From: an uncultured Candidatus Saccharibacteria bacterium
Lineage (GTDB): Bacteria; Patescibacteriota; Minisyncoccia; Phycocordibacterales; UBA6065
DNA length: 64,000 bases
NCBI GenBank assembly: GCA_964495425.1
Contig: CAZBVG010000002.1
Location: 14,570-78,569 of the forward strand
Reading direction: 5' to 3'
Numbering within the stretch: position 1 is the stretch's first letter; every line of letters starts with the position of its first letter. The notes beneath the pieces were generated by a model. It saw only the letters and a list, made by a program, of their open reading frames with translations, made no database searches and was not told where the DNA came from. Shown one piece after another: positions 47,609 to 56,879 of the stretch. The position numbers and the translations under genes were made by a program.

Positions 47609-48250
47609 TTAAATGTCAAACAAATGATTGTATATTTTAACAGCTATTTCTGCACGTTGTTCATTTGTTTTTGATTGTGCAAAATCGGTAATAAGATTAT
47701 AAAAATATGTATCTTCCTGCTCGAACACATCTATTGCTTCATAGATTGGGATTGGCCATCTACTCCTTATTCCAAACCAATATACAAGCGCTAAATCAAA
47801 AAATTTGCAGATATGTCTAAAACATATGATGTTATTATTTGTGGTTCCTAAAATTGCTTCGAGGAATCTTTGCAGCCTGGTTTTGTTATCTTGAAGCTCG
47901 TCAGAGGTCCATTCTTTTGGACCCTGCATATATCTTGCTAGAGTTCTATTTTCATATTCAATGAGTTTATTCTTCAACTTGTCATCTCTATAAAGGACAT
48001 CAAAAGGTACCGCTGGTGAATATGGTGTATCAATCACCGAGAAATCAATTTTTGATTCGTGAATGTATTTAATATCAATTGAAATATTGTCAAATTTTTC
48101 TGATAATGGATTTTCATTATCTGGAACAACTAAATGTATATCCCAATCACTATTTTTTCTTTGTTTGTTTCTAACTCTTGACCCAGATAGGTAGATACCT
48201 GATGCCTTAAACTTTTTAACGTAGTAATCTACTATTTGTTTCTTGATCAT
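47609..48250 (-). CDS. Pol-beta superfamily nucleotidyltransferase (KNTase / Lnu-like two-domain architecture)
   Basis: GSRVRNKQRKNSDWDIHLVV matches the GS-x9-13-DxD nucleotidyltransferase motif; an all-helical C-terminal domain follows. AT-rich. Confidence 0.6.
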   Translation of the reverse strand: MIKKQIVDYYVKKFKASGIYLSGSRVRNKQRKNSDWDIHLVVPDNENPLSEKFDNISIDIKYIHESKIDFSVIDTPYSPAVPFDVLYRDDKLKNKLIEYENRTLARYMQGPKEWTSDELQDNKTRLQRFLEAILGTTNNNIICFRHICKFFDLALVYWFGIRSRWPIPIYEAIDVFEQEDTYFYNLITDFAQSKTNEQRAEIAVKIYNHLFDI

Positions 48251-48309
48251 TTGTTACTAAATCATATTAGGTAACCTAGTATGCTATGAATAGATAAAGA
48301 AAATATAAA

Positions 48310-49710
48310 TTATTTTTTCTCCTTTTTGACGGTAATCCCTAGTTCAATAAGTTGTTCCAATGAAACCTCCGAAGGGGACTTTATCATAAGGTCTCTTCCC
48401 TCGCCTGTTTTTGCAAAGGCGATTACCTCACGAATATTTGGTTCATTTTGAAGGATTGCCATTAATCGATCGAGTCCCCATGCTATGCCACCATGCGGAG
48501 GTGCGCCATATGAGAATGCATCGAGCATATGGCCGAAATTCTCTTTAATTTTTTCTGGAGAGTGTCCCATGATTTCGAGTACTTTGGTAAGGGCTTCTGG
48601 GACATGGTTTCGGATCGATCCCCCGCCAATTTCAAAACCGTTGAGCGCTACATCGTACTGAGTCGTTAATATTTCTCCGATGTTTTCCTTTTTCATAAGC
48701 ATATCCATATGCTCTGGCTTTGGAGCCGAGAAAGGATTATGGGTAAATGTCCATCCACCAGTTTCTGTTTTTTCAAAAAATGGAAAATCAATAACCCAGC
48801 AGAATGCCAAAAGATTTGGATCACTCTTATCGGTACGAATATCTGGTTTATCACTATTGTATTTCTCCATCGCTTCTTTGTAGGTAAGGCGTGGAAAAGG
48901 AATCTGTTGGATTTTCTTGTGTGGAGCAACAGTTTTTACGAGCTCGATTAAAAGCTTTTCGTTCAGCGCCATCACATCTTCTCGCTTTACAAAGCTCATT
49001 TCCATATCAAGCTGGGTAAATTCTGGTTGTCGGTCACCTCGCGTATCTTCGTCTCGCATACAGCGGGCAAGTTGGAAATACTTTTCAAATCCAGAGACCA
49101 TTAAAAGCTGTTTGTACTGCTGAGGCGACTGTGGGAGCGCATAGAACTTTCCGTTTTCAAGTCGTGATGGGACAAGGTAGTCACGGGAACCTTCTGGAGT
49201 TGATTTAGTTAAAAGAGGTGTCTCTATTTCTGTAAAACCTTCCTTTGTAAGGTAGTTTCGAATAAACATATTTACCGCATGTCTGGTCCTGATATTCTTT
49301 TGAAGTCTTGGACGTCGCAAATCAAGATATCGGTATGTAAGGCGGCTTTCTTCACCTATCTCCTTACCTTCGCCACGAACGTCAATTGGAGGGGTCTGTG
49401 CCTCGTTTAAAACAGTTATAGAGAGGATTTCAAGCTCTATAGCACCATTTTGCTTATCCTTCTGAACGTTCTTCTCTGGACGAGGATTAACTTTGCCGGT
49501 AACTTCAATCACCCACTCCGGACGGACTTTTGTTGCCACAGCTTGAGCATCTTTTGCACCAGGCAAAACAACTCCCTGGACGTATCCAGTCATGTCTCTG
49601 AAATCAAGAAAGACAAGCTTTCCTTGATCGCGGCGAATATCGATCCATCCTTTGATGGTGACAGTCTCACCCTTTTTCGACTCGAGGTCTTTGATGTATG
49701 TTCGTTCCAT
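48310..49710 (-). CDS. aspS: aspartate--tRNA ligase (short type)
   Basis: N-terminal OB fold, FRDEDTRGDRQPEFTQLDMEMSF motif 2 and GGIAWGLDRLMAIL motif 3; 466 aa. Confidence 0.9.
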   Translation of the reverse strand: MERTYIKDLESKKGETVTIKGWIDIRRDQGKLVFLDFRDMTGYVQGVVLPGAKDAQAVATKVRPEWVIEVTGKVNPRPEKNVQKDKQNGAIELEILSITVLNEAQTPPIDVRGEGKEIGEESRLTYRYLDLRRPRLQKNIRTRHAVNMFIRNYLTKEGFTEIETPLLTKSTPEGSRDYLVPSRLENGKFYALPQSPQQYKQLLMVSGFEKYFQLARCMRDEDTRGDRQPEFTQLDMEMSFVKREDVMALNEKLLIELVKTVAPHKKIQQIPFPRLTYKEAMEKYNSDKPDIRTDKSDPNLLAFCWVIDFPFFEKTETGGWTFTHNPFSAPKPEHMDMLMKKENIGEILTTQYDVALNGFEIGGGSIRNHVPEALTKVLEIMGHSPEKIKENFGHMLDAFSYGAPPHGGIAWGLDRLMAILQNEPNIREVIAFAKTGEGRDLMIKSPSEVSLEQLIELGITVKKEKK

Positions 49711-49741
49711 GTTTTTTTATTAAATTTTAGATTTGAGTAAA

Positions 49742-49930
49742 TAAAAAAGCGCCCCTCCAAATTTAACGCTGTTAAATTCGCAGGGGCGATTTCATCGCGG
49801 TGCCACCCTGGTTTCGTCTTAATTTACCGCATCAGGCGGCATCTGGAGGAGTCTACTCTGGCCCTTTAAAGCCATTTCTTTCCTCGCCTCGCCGGTGTCA
49901 GCCGGGTCGTTGGATGGGGTTACTTTAGCG
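49742..49930 (-). promoter_or_regulatory. T-box riboswitch leader of aspS (5' extent uncertain)
   Basis: Minus strand reads AGGGUGGCACCGCGAUGAAAUCGCCCCU. That is the T-box sequence (49796-49809) forming an antiterminator with helices AGGG/CCCU and GCGAU/AUCGC around the 7-nt bulge UGGCACC. A competing 18-bp terminator hairpin (49749-49788) plus U-run ends 36 nt before the aspS ATG. Confidence 0.75.
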
Positions 49931-49958
49931 CAAAAAAATCACTAGAGCAAATATCAAA

Positions 49959-51716
49959 TTACAACTTCTGCTTTTCCCAAAGGGTATAGAATCTCCCTCT
50001 CATTTTATGCAATTCATCGAATGATCCGTGCTCTATAATTTTACCGTCTTCAATCATAAGAATTTTATCCATTTCCTTAATGGTGGAAAGTCTATGTGCA
50101 ATTACAACTGCTGTTACAGTTTTAAAGAAATGATGGAGTGAATCCTGAATTTTTTCCTCGGATTCAATATCGAGATGAGAGGTTGCTTCATCGAGAAGTA
50201 AAAGTTCGGGCTCCTTATAAATTGCTCGGGCTAATCCAACTCGCTGTTTCTCTCCTCCAGATAGCTTCACTCCCTTTTCACCAATAAGCGTATTAATTCC
50301 CTGTGGTAATAGTTTTGCAAACCCATTCACATGCGCGACAGTAAGTGCTCTTTCGAGTAGACCTTCATCAGTCAGCTTATCAATATTAGAAATGGTTATA
50401 TTATCTTTGAGAGTCAGGTTAAAGACCTCGGTATCTTGAAGTACTACAGCCGTATGCTTAAAATAATCAATTTTACTGATAGTTTTTAGAGGTACGCCAT
50501 CAACGAGAATATCTCCAGTGTAGCTCTCCCTTTCTTTCAAGAGAAGTTTAAACAGAGTAGATTTACCTGCCCCGGAGAGACCAACAATACCAATTTTTTC
50601 ACCTCTTGAAATAGTAAATGAAACATCTTCAAGAATTTTTTTATCTCCATACGAAAATGAAAGATTTTTAACTTCGATATTCTTCCAATCCTTTGGAAAC
50701 ATAACCTTTCCTTCTTCGATGTCAGTAACAGGTTTGGTCTGCAATAGTTCCATCATTCGCGCTACAGACTGCTTGTGTGTTGCGAAAGTTTGAGAAATAT
50801 CAGCAAGTCTTGAAATAGCGGCTAAAACATTTGAGAAATAGCTGTAGAAAAGAACAATGAACCCAATATCATATCTTCCGTGCATAATACCAACACCAAT
50901 ATATGCGACTACACCTAATCGGAATATGTGACCCATTAAATTTTTTACCACGCCACCTGATAGATACCAAAACATCCTTTTGTACGCCAAAGAAACAAGG
51001 TCATTACAAAATATCGTGAGTCTTGAGATAAGAGGATTCACCATGGACATGACCTTGGCGCTGCGAACATTGTTTACGGATTCAAAAACGAGGCCAGAAA
51101 CCTCTTCTTCTTTTAGGTGCTCACTTTTTTGAGCTTTTACTGCACGAGTTGTAAAGAAAAAAGAAACAAGCAGATAAACAGCAAAGAAAGCGATTGTCGC
51201 TAATGTAATTGGCTTATCAAAATGCGACATAACAATGAACACACCAAAAATACTCACCCCTACTTCAATAAAGGAGTTAAACCACATTCGAATGAGCTGG
51301 TTTACACCTTCAGCTCCGCGACCTATTCTTTTCACCTTATTTCCTGTGTTTTCTCGTTCGTGCCATTCAATATCAAGTGAAAATGCATGACGCATGGTGA
51401 GAAGTTCGGTTTGAATGGCTGTCTTTTTGGCGAGCTTATATCCGAGCATGTTGCCAAAGTATATGGCAGTAAAATGAAAAATAATCACGATTCCGAATGT
51501 CACTACGATTCTCCAAAACTCATCAAGAGATTCTCCTGTTTTATACGTGCTAAAAAATGTTGTGATTGATGCGAGTGCATACGCTGAATAGAGCCACGAT
51601 ATATCACTCGCAATCCGGATGACAGACGCCCAAATAAAACGCCACTTGAACGGCTTGGCAAAGGTAAAAAGATCCCTAATCAGTGCAAACGAAGAATAAT
51701 TGAACTCGTTGTTCAT
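49959..51716 (-). CDS. ABC exporter, fused permease and ATPase
   Basis: Six TM helices, Walker A GLSGAGKST, signature LSGGEKQRVGLARAI and Walker B LLLLDEATSHLD. Confidence 0.85.
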   Translation of the reverse strand: MNNEFNYSSFALIRDLFTFAKPFKWRFIWASVIRIASDISWLYSAYALASITTFFSTYKTGESLDEFWRIVVTFGIVIIFHFTAIYFGNMLGYKLAKKTAIQTELLTMRHAFSLDIEWHERENTGNKVKRIGRGAEGVNQLIRMWFNSFIEVGVSIFGVFIVMSHFDKPITLATIAFFAVYLLVSFFFTTRAVKAQKSEHLKEEEVSGLVFESVNNVRSAKVMSMVNPLISRLTIFCNDLVSLAYKRMFWYLSGGVVKNLMGHIFRLGVVAYIGVGIMHGRYDIGFIVLFYSYFSNVLAAISRLADISQTFATHKQSVARMMELLQTKPVTDIEEGKVMFPKDWKNIEVKNLSFSYGDKKILEDVSFTISRGEKIGIVGLSGAGKSTLFKLLLKERESYTGDILVDGVPLKTISKIDYFKHTAVVLQDTEVFNLTLKDNITISNIDKLTDEGLLERALTVAHVNGFAKLLPQGINTLIGEKGVKLSGGEKQRVGLARAIYKEPELLLLDEATSHLDIESEEKIQDSLHHFFKTVTAVVIAHRLSTIKEMDKILMIEDGKIIEHGSFDELHKMRGRFYTLWEKQKL

Positions 51717-51810
51717 ACGATGATTAAATTATCGCTGGTTCGGATAGTAAAGCAAGGGACAACGCGCTGGTGCAAGCGTCAATTGATGTGCTATACTGTA
51801 TACATAAGAG

Positions 51811-51841
51811 AAAACCGCGATTAAAGTCGCGGTTTTCTTAT
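51811..51841 (-). terminator. rho-independent terminator of trpS
   Basis: AAAACCGCGActttaaTCGCGGTTTTCT. Confidence 0.7.
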
Positions 51842-52825
51842 TTATTTGAGCGTCACTCCCACATTCTTCTTCACCTCCTTCATCTTCGCATTCGCTACTT
51901 TGTTAGCAGCTTTTGCTCCCTTTTCGAGGATTTTGATTACCTTGTCGCGATTCTTTGCGAGCTTCTCTCGTTTCTGTCGAAGTGGGCAAATAAATGACTG
52001 AATGTCTTTAACGAGCGCCTCCTTGAGATCTTTATATTTCCCCGCTTTCTCTGCATACAGCTGATCAAGGTACGCCTTATCTCTAAAAAGCTCATGAATA
52101 GCTCGTACATTTACAGGCACACCGCCTGATGAGTCAGTCACGATAGACATGACTGCTTTATGGATCTCCTCGTCCGTAGCAAAAAGGCTAATGGTGTTGC
52201 CGTAACTCTTCGACATCTTGCGTCCATCAGTTCCAGGAACTATTTTTACGCTTTCAATAATCTGCTCCTTTGGAAGTTTGAAGGTCTCACCAAAGAGTCG
52301 ATTGAATTTCTCTGCAGTATCACGGGCATACTCAACATGCTGCTTCTGATCCTGGCCAACGGGAACAACATCAGGGCTATAAAGCAAGATATCTGCGGCC
52401 ATAAGCATTGGATAGTTGAAAGTACCGACAGAGATTTCTTTGTCTTTTGCCTCTGCATCTTTGTATGCGTGTGCTCGCATAAGATACGGCATGGTGGTGA
52501 TGGTATCGAAAATCCATGCGAGTTCTGTGTGTGCTGTCACATCAGACTGCTTGAAAAGAACGCATTTCTTTGGATTTAGACCAATAGCCAAATAGTCGAG
52601 CGCAAGATCGATTATGTTATCCTGCATCTTCTTGCCATCTTGTATGAAATTAAGTGCGTGGTAGTCAGCGATAAAAATAAAGCATTCGTATTGCCCTGAA
52701 TTGAGATTATCCACAAACTGCTTCATAGCACCGAAATAATTACCGATATGAGGTCTGCCGGTAGGTTTCACACCGGAGAGAAGAATTTTCTTTTCCATGC
52801 CGAAATAGTACCAAAAATTGCGCAT
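51842..52825 (-). CDS. trpS: tryptophan--tRNA ligase
   Basis: SGVKPTGRPHIGNY HIGH region and KMSKSYGN KMSKS motif. Confidence 0.9.
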   Translation of the reverse strand: MRNFWYYFGMEKKILLSGVKPTGRPHIGNYFGAMKQFVDNLNSGQYECFIFIADYHALNFIQDGKKMQDNIIDLALDYLAIGLNPKKCVLFKQSDVTAHTELAWIFDTITTMPYLMRAHAYKDAEAKDKEISVGTFNYPMLMAADILLYSPDVVPVGQDQKQHVEYARDTAEKFNRLFGETFKLPKEQIIESVKIVPGTDGRKMSKSYGNTISLFATDEEIHKAVMSIVTDSSGGVPVNVRAIHELFRDKAYLDQLYAEKAGKYKDLKEALVKDIQSFICPLRQKREKLAKNRDKVIKILEKGAKAANKVANAKMKEVKKNVGVTLK

Positions 52826-52834
52826 TTACTCCAC

Positions 52835-53719
52835 TTATTGAGCAATTGGAGCTGGCGCAGGTGCCGGAACTGCCTTTCTAAACTTGTTAAATCCGAGGAG
52901 TCCGCAGGTAAGAAGGAAAAGGGCGAATGCGTAGAGGAGATCCCCTGTTCCACCGATATAAGACGTGCCAACAAGTGATGAGTACGCAAAATATGAGTCG
53001 GCTGCAAACATACCAGCTAGACCAGTCAAAATAAAGACAATCTCAGTTTTATACAACCCACCTAGATATCTAAATGAAAGACCAGCTACCACTGCTGCGA
53101 CTGCAAGGCTCACGGCGTCACCGATCGGATACGCGATATTGAAGATAGATCGGAGAATTGTATCTTTGTTAGAAATGAGCGTGTCTATGTCTGCTTTTGG
53201 AAGTGCTATCAAAACATAATATGCGAGGATAAACACAACGATAGGTGTAACAATCGCAAAAATACGACCTGAAGTAAATTTAAGGCTCAAACGAATGCCA
53301 GTTGTAAGTGACAAATAGATAGTACCGATCGTATAGAGGAACACGCTCGGGGCAAAGAACCAATCAGGAAGCGATGCATTCTGAATTCCTGGAATCGCGG
53401 CGTAGTAAACCCAGGCGATTTTTCCAAAACCCCACATGAAAAGTCCGAGTCCAAGGAAAAGAATTGCTTTTCCGAGTATCGTTGAAAGGCCTCCCCACTC
53501 TTGATACCCGCGAATGGCTGCGATACCTCCTAAAAATGGCATAAGCGCATACATCAGTGCGAATATGTAATTGAGTGATCCACTTTTTGTTCCTGTTGTG
53601 AAGAGGTAGCCCCAGAAGATGAGAAGAACGAACAGAAAAGCGATACAAGACTTTTGATATGCGTTAAGGCGCGACATACGTATAGAGTACGGCGTTTGTT
53701 TCATGTCGTCAAAGGACAA
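52835..53719 (-). CDS. hypothetical polytopic membrane protein (between hisS and trpS)
   Basis: 294 aa with about 8 TM helices and a PAPAPAP tail. Confidence 0.5.
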   Translation of the reverse strand: MSFDDMKQTPYSIRMSRLNAYQKSCIAFLFVLLIFWGYLFTTGTKSGSLNYIFALMYALMPFLGGIAAIRGYQEWGGLSTILGKAILFLGLGLFMWGFGKIAWVYYAAIPGIQNASLPDWFFAPSVFLYTIGTIYLSLTTGIRLSLKFTSGRIFAIVTPIVVFILAYYVLIALPKADIDTLISNKDTILRSIFNIAYPIGDAVSLAVAAVVAGLSFRYLGGLYKTEIVFILTGLAGMFAADSYFAYSSLVGTSYIGGTGDLLYAFALFLLTCGLLGFNKFRKAVPAPAPAPIAQ

Positions 53720-53723
53720 CTTT

Positions 53724-55022
53724 TTAGAAAAAGCGCGAGATTTTAGAGAGTTCTACTTTCTCCTGAGTTCCCTTTTCGAGGTTTTTCACCACTATCTTCC
53801 CTTCCTTGGCCTCATCAGGACCGTAGATGACAGCAAATTTGATACCTTTATCTCCTGCGTATGAAAGCTGCTTTTTGAGATCTGCTGCCTCGAAGTACAC
53901 CACGGTGTTTATTGAGGCGGCACGCAGTTCAGATGCGATCTTGAGGTAATCGTTAGTGAGACTTTCGTCAAAGTTTACGATAAGCACCTGGGCAGTTGTT
54001 TTGGCGTCTGGCAAAAGGTTAAGTTCTTCAAGTGCGGCCATGAGTCGATCAAGACCGATGGAAAGACCAACCGCAGGAACTGGTTTGTTTGAAAAGATTC
54101 CTACAAGGTTATCGTATCGTCCTCCTGAGCAAATTGAACCAAAGCCAGCAGCTGAGGTGAGATTTACTTCAAAAATCATGCCGGTGTAATAGTCGAGGCC
54201 GCGAGCGATAGAAAAATCGACAACAAATTTCGCATCAGGGCTCTGAACGTATGCATATTCAATAATTGTTGAGAGTTTTCGTAGTGGTTCTTTGATTGCG
54301 GGGAATGACTCAGCAATATTTCCGAGGTCCGCCTGATTTCGAATCCCATCAACGCTTGTAGAGGCAAAGCGGAGAATTTCTTGTGCATTTGCTTGAGAAA
54401 TTCCCGCTTTCACGAGCTCATTTTCGACTTCCTTTGGACCGATTTTATCCATCTTGTCGACAATGCGGGTCGCTGTAAGCTGCTCAGCCTCAGAAAGTGC
54501 AAGAGATGTATAAAACGCAGAAATAATTTCGCGTGAATTGATGCGAACGACAAAGCTGTTGATTCCGAGGTTCTGAAGCGTCTTGGCCACAAGTGCGAGA
54601 ATCTCTGCGTCGGCCAAAGGACTCGTTGATCCAACAATATCAGCATCGCACTGATAGAATTCGCGGTATCTTCCCTTCTGTGTGTTATCAGCTCGCCAAA
54701 CCGGGCTAACCTGGTAGCGCTTGAAAGGTTTCTTGAGCTCACCGTTTTGCGCGACAACTCTCGCGAGAGGAATGGTGAGATCATATCGCATCGCCACATC
54801 TCGATCACCGTTGTCTTTGAAGCGGTACATGAGCTTGTCGCCTTCATCACCATATTTACCAACGAGTGTTTCAGCATATTCCAAAACCGGAGTTTCGAGC
54901 GGCTCAAAACCAAACGTCTCGTACGACGCCTTGATTGTTTCGATCATTTGCTGCCGTGGAATCTGCATTTCCGGGAGAAAATCTCGAAACCCCTTAAGGT
55001 TTTTAGGCTCTATTTTTGCCAT
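53724..55022 (-). CDS. hisS: histidine--tRNA ligase
   Basis: KGFRDFLPE start, class II motifs and a C-terminal anticodon-binding domain. Confidence 0.9.
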   Translation of the reverse strand: MAKIEPKNLKGFRDFLPEMQIPRQQMIETIKASYETFGFEPLETPVLEYAETLVGKYGDEGDKLMYRFKDNGDRDVAMRYDLTIPLARVVAQNGELKKPFKRYQVSPVWRADNTQKGRYREFYQCDADIVGSTSPLADAEILALVAKTLQNLGINSFVVRINSREIISAFYTSLALSEAEQLTATRIVDKMDKIGPKEVENELVKAGISQANAQEILRFASTSVDGIRNQADLGNIAESFPAIKEPLRKLSTIIEYAYVQSPDAKFVVDFSIARGLDYYTGMIFEVNLTSAAGFGSICSGGRYDNLVGIFSNKPVPAVGLSIGLDRLMAALEELNLLPDAKTTAQVLIVNFDESLTNDYLKIASELRAASINTVVYFEAADLKKQLSYAGDKGIKFAVIYGPDEAKEGKIVVKNLEKGTQEKVELSKISRFF

Positions 55023-55072
55023 ATATTTAGTCTAGCAAAATATGGGGTTTTTGGGAAAGAATAGTCATATTA

Positions 55073-55103
55073 ATTGACATTTGTCTCAAAATGGGTTTAT
55101 AAT
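55073..55103 (+). promoter_or_regulatory. sigma-70-like promoter upstream of the GNAT gene
   Basis: TTGACA, 18-nt spacer, TATAAT. Confidence 0.5.
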
Positions 55104-55320
55104 TTCACAGCATATGAATACACATACGCACACAACGTATATGAAGATTACCTGCCCTCGAAACCTTGAGGGGTCTTTTGCTGTCTCTACTTTAGATATT
55201 TTGTGTCTGGCCGACATGTGTGCATAACATTCTATTTCCCAATTAGAAATGAACTCATCCCGGCTGAACGCAAGCCGGGATTTTCCTTGCCCGTTTCAGC
55301 TCGTTAGCTCCTTAAACAAA

Positions 55321-55905
55321 ATGAAGTCTAAAAATAAAAACTCAAGTGGTGTAGTGTTTCTACGCGGCAAAAAGACATTTCTCCGGCCTTTGGAAGAAAA
55401 AGATCTTCCTCTACTGGTTAAATGGATTAATGACAGAGAAGTTACCAGGTATCTGATAGCTTACCTGCCAATGAGTATGGAAAATGAAAAGGAATGGTTT
55501 TCAAAGCTGAAAGATAGCAAAGATCAAATTACTCTGGGTATTTGTCTTCTCGACGGCACGCTCATAGGCGTCATGGGCACTCATAAAATCGTGTGGAAGG
55601 ATGGAATTACCACCACGGGTGCATTTATTGGTGATAAAAGGTATTGGGGCAAGGGTTATGGAACCGACGCCAAAATGCAGCTTCTTAATTACCTATTCAA
55701 TACGCTTAACCTTAGGAAAATAATGTCCCGGGTTATTGCATTCAACGAACGCAGTCTCGCCTATAGCAAACACTGTGGCTACAAGGTTGAAGGTACGTCG
55801 AGACTCGAAATCTTCAAGGAGGGAAAGTTCTGGGATGTTATTGATCTCGGCCTTTTCAAAGAAGAGTGGTTTCCCTATTGGAAGAAATATCTTGCGGCAA
55901 AATGA
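55321..55905 (+). CDS. GNAT family N-acetyltransferase (RimJ/RimL-like)
   Basis: VFLRGKKTFLRPLEEKDLPLLVKWINDREVTRYL N-terminus and the GNAT core pattern; start taken at MKSKNK (the ORF track begins at 55249). Confidence 0.7.
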   Translation: MKSKNKNSSGVVFLRGKKTFLRPLEEKDLPLLVKWINDREVTRYLIAYLPMSMENEKEWFSKLKDSKDQITLGICLLDGTLIGVMGTHKIVWKDGITTTGAFIGDKRYWGKGYGTDAKMQLLNYLFNTLNLRKIMSRVIAFNERSLAYSKHCGYKVEGTSRLEIFKEGKFWDVIDLGLFKEEWFPYWKKYLAAK

Positions 55906-55912
55906 TTTATAC

Positions 55913-55940
55913 AAATCCGGATTCGTCCGGATTTTTATTT
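55913..55940 (+). terminator. rho-independent terminator of the GNAT gene
   Basis: AAATCCGGAttcgTCCGGATTTTTATTT. Confidence 0.7.
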
Positions 55941-56050
55941 ATAAAATAAGTATGGATTAAATGAAGAGCGTAAGAATTTTTAAAGTCATGCCTTGTTGAC
56001 CTTGCACATCAGTATATAAAAAAGCCGTATTTCTACGGCTTATGCACGAG

Positions 56051-56767
56051 CTAACTAACTCGTATGTGGCTTCTACCGACAATCATGCGCAGGCATTCTC
56101 TCGTTGAAAGCTCGGGACACTGAATTGACATTTCCTGCAGTAGGATTTTTCTTGCTCGCGAGAGTTTACTTTTAACAGTACCTACTTTTATTCCGAATAT
56201 CTCGCCGATTTTATCGTATGTTAAATGGCGATGAATCCTGAGGTAAAGAATTTGACGACGCATCGGATCAAGTCTCATTGAGCACTTTTCAACGAGGTCT
56301 TCAAATTCATCAATGACAATCTGTTGGTCGGGACCCATAGCGTCGCTGGCAATCAGGTCTAGAAACGTCGCGCCGCCATCTTCTGTCAGCGCCTTGTCGA
56401 GAGAGCTAGTCTGATCGATTTTCCTTCGCCTGAAGTACCAATACCTATTTTTAGATAGGTTGAGTGCAATACTATGGAGCCAAGTTGCTAGTGAACTGTC
56501 TTCACGAAAGAATTTGAGTCCTTTGTATGCTCGAACGAATACATCTTGAACGATCTCTTGGGAGTCGTGATGATTGTGGAGAAATTTAAACACTATTGCA
56601 AAAATTTTCTCCCGATGAATCAAAACGATCTCCTCAAAGGCTTTTTCGTCTCCGTTAAGGAAGCGGTGTATGAGTTCCCTGTCTCGTTGCGCACGTTGGA
56701 TGGCTGCAGTGGTGGTCTTTTGAGAGGTTTTTTTAGACTCACTGAGTGATGTACCTAGTGTAATCAT
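56051..56767 (-). CDS. RNA polymerase sigma-70 family factor (ECF-like; regions 2 and 4 only)
   Basis: Region 2 IVQDVFVRAYKGLKFF...ATWLHSIALN and region 4 HTH LTYDKIGEIFGIKVGTVKSKLSRARKIL. Confidence 0.75.
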   Translation of the reverse strand: MITLGTSLSESKKTSQKTTTAAIQRAQRDRELIHRFLNGDEKAFEEIVLIHREKIFAIVFKFLHNHHDSQEIVQDVFVRAYKGLKFFREDSSLATWLHSIALNLSKNRYWYFRRRKIDQTSSLDKALTEDGGATFLDLIASDAMGPDQQIVIDEFEDLVEKCSMRLDPMRRQILYLRIHRHLTYDKIGEIFGIKVGTVKSKLSRARKILLQEMSIQCPELSTRECLRMIVGRSHIRVS

Positions 56768-56879
56768 TCGAAATCCTGTGATTTTGTGGTTGAGTTAGAT
56801 TAAGAATTGTAAGAACCAAACTTGGTTTAAATTAGCATAAATTTAGGGGATGTACATATTGTAGGTAAAACTTAAATCA

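Noticed and set aside
152-55064. Many ORFs of 60-190 aa in the ORF track lying antisense to, or frame-shifted within, strong housekeeping genes (for example 152..346, 1108..1440, 2691..3242, 4582..5034, 13596..14018, 34760..35071, 35711..36076, 41272..41838, 41385..41849, 54410..54913, 54721..55035).
   Set aside because: They overlap well-supported CDS almost entirely, have low-complexity or biased composition typical of shadow frames, and lack recognisable motifs.
5615-55248. T-box leaders upstream of proS, lysS, cysS, gltX, trpS and hisS.
   Set aside because: Upstream gaps are 4-110 bp or lack the AGGGUGGNACCGCG motif on the correct strand. Only aspS has the motif.
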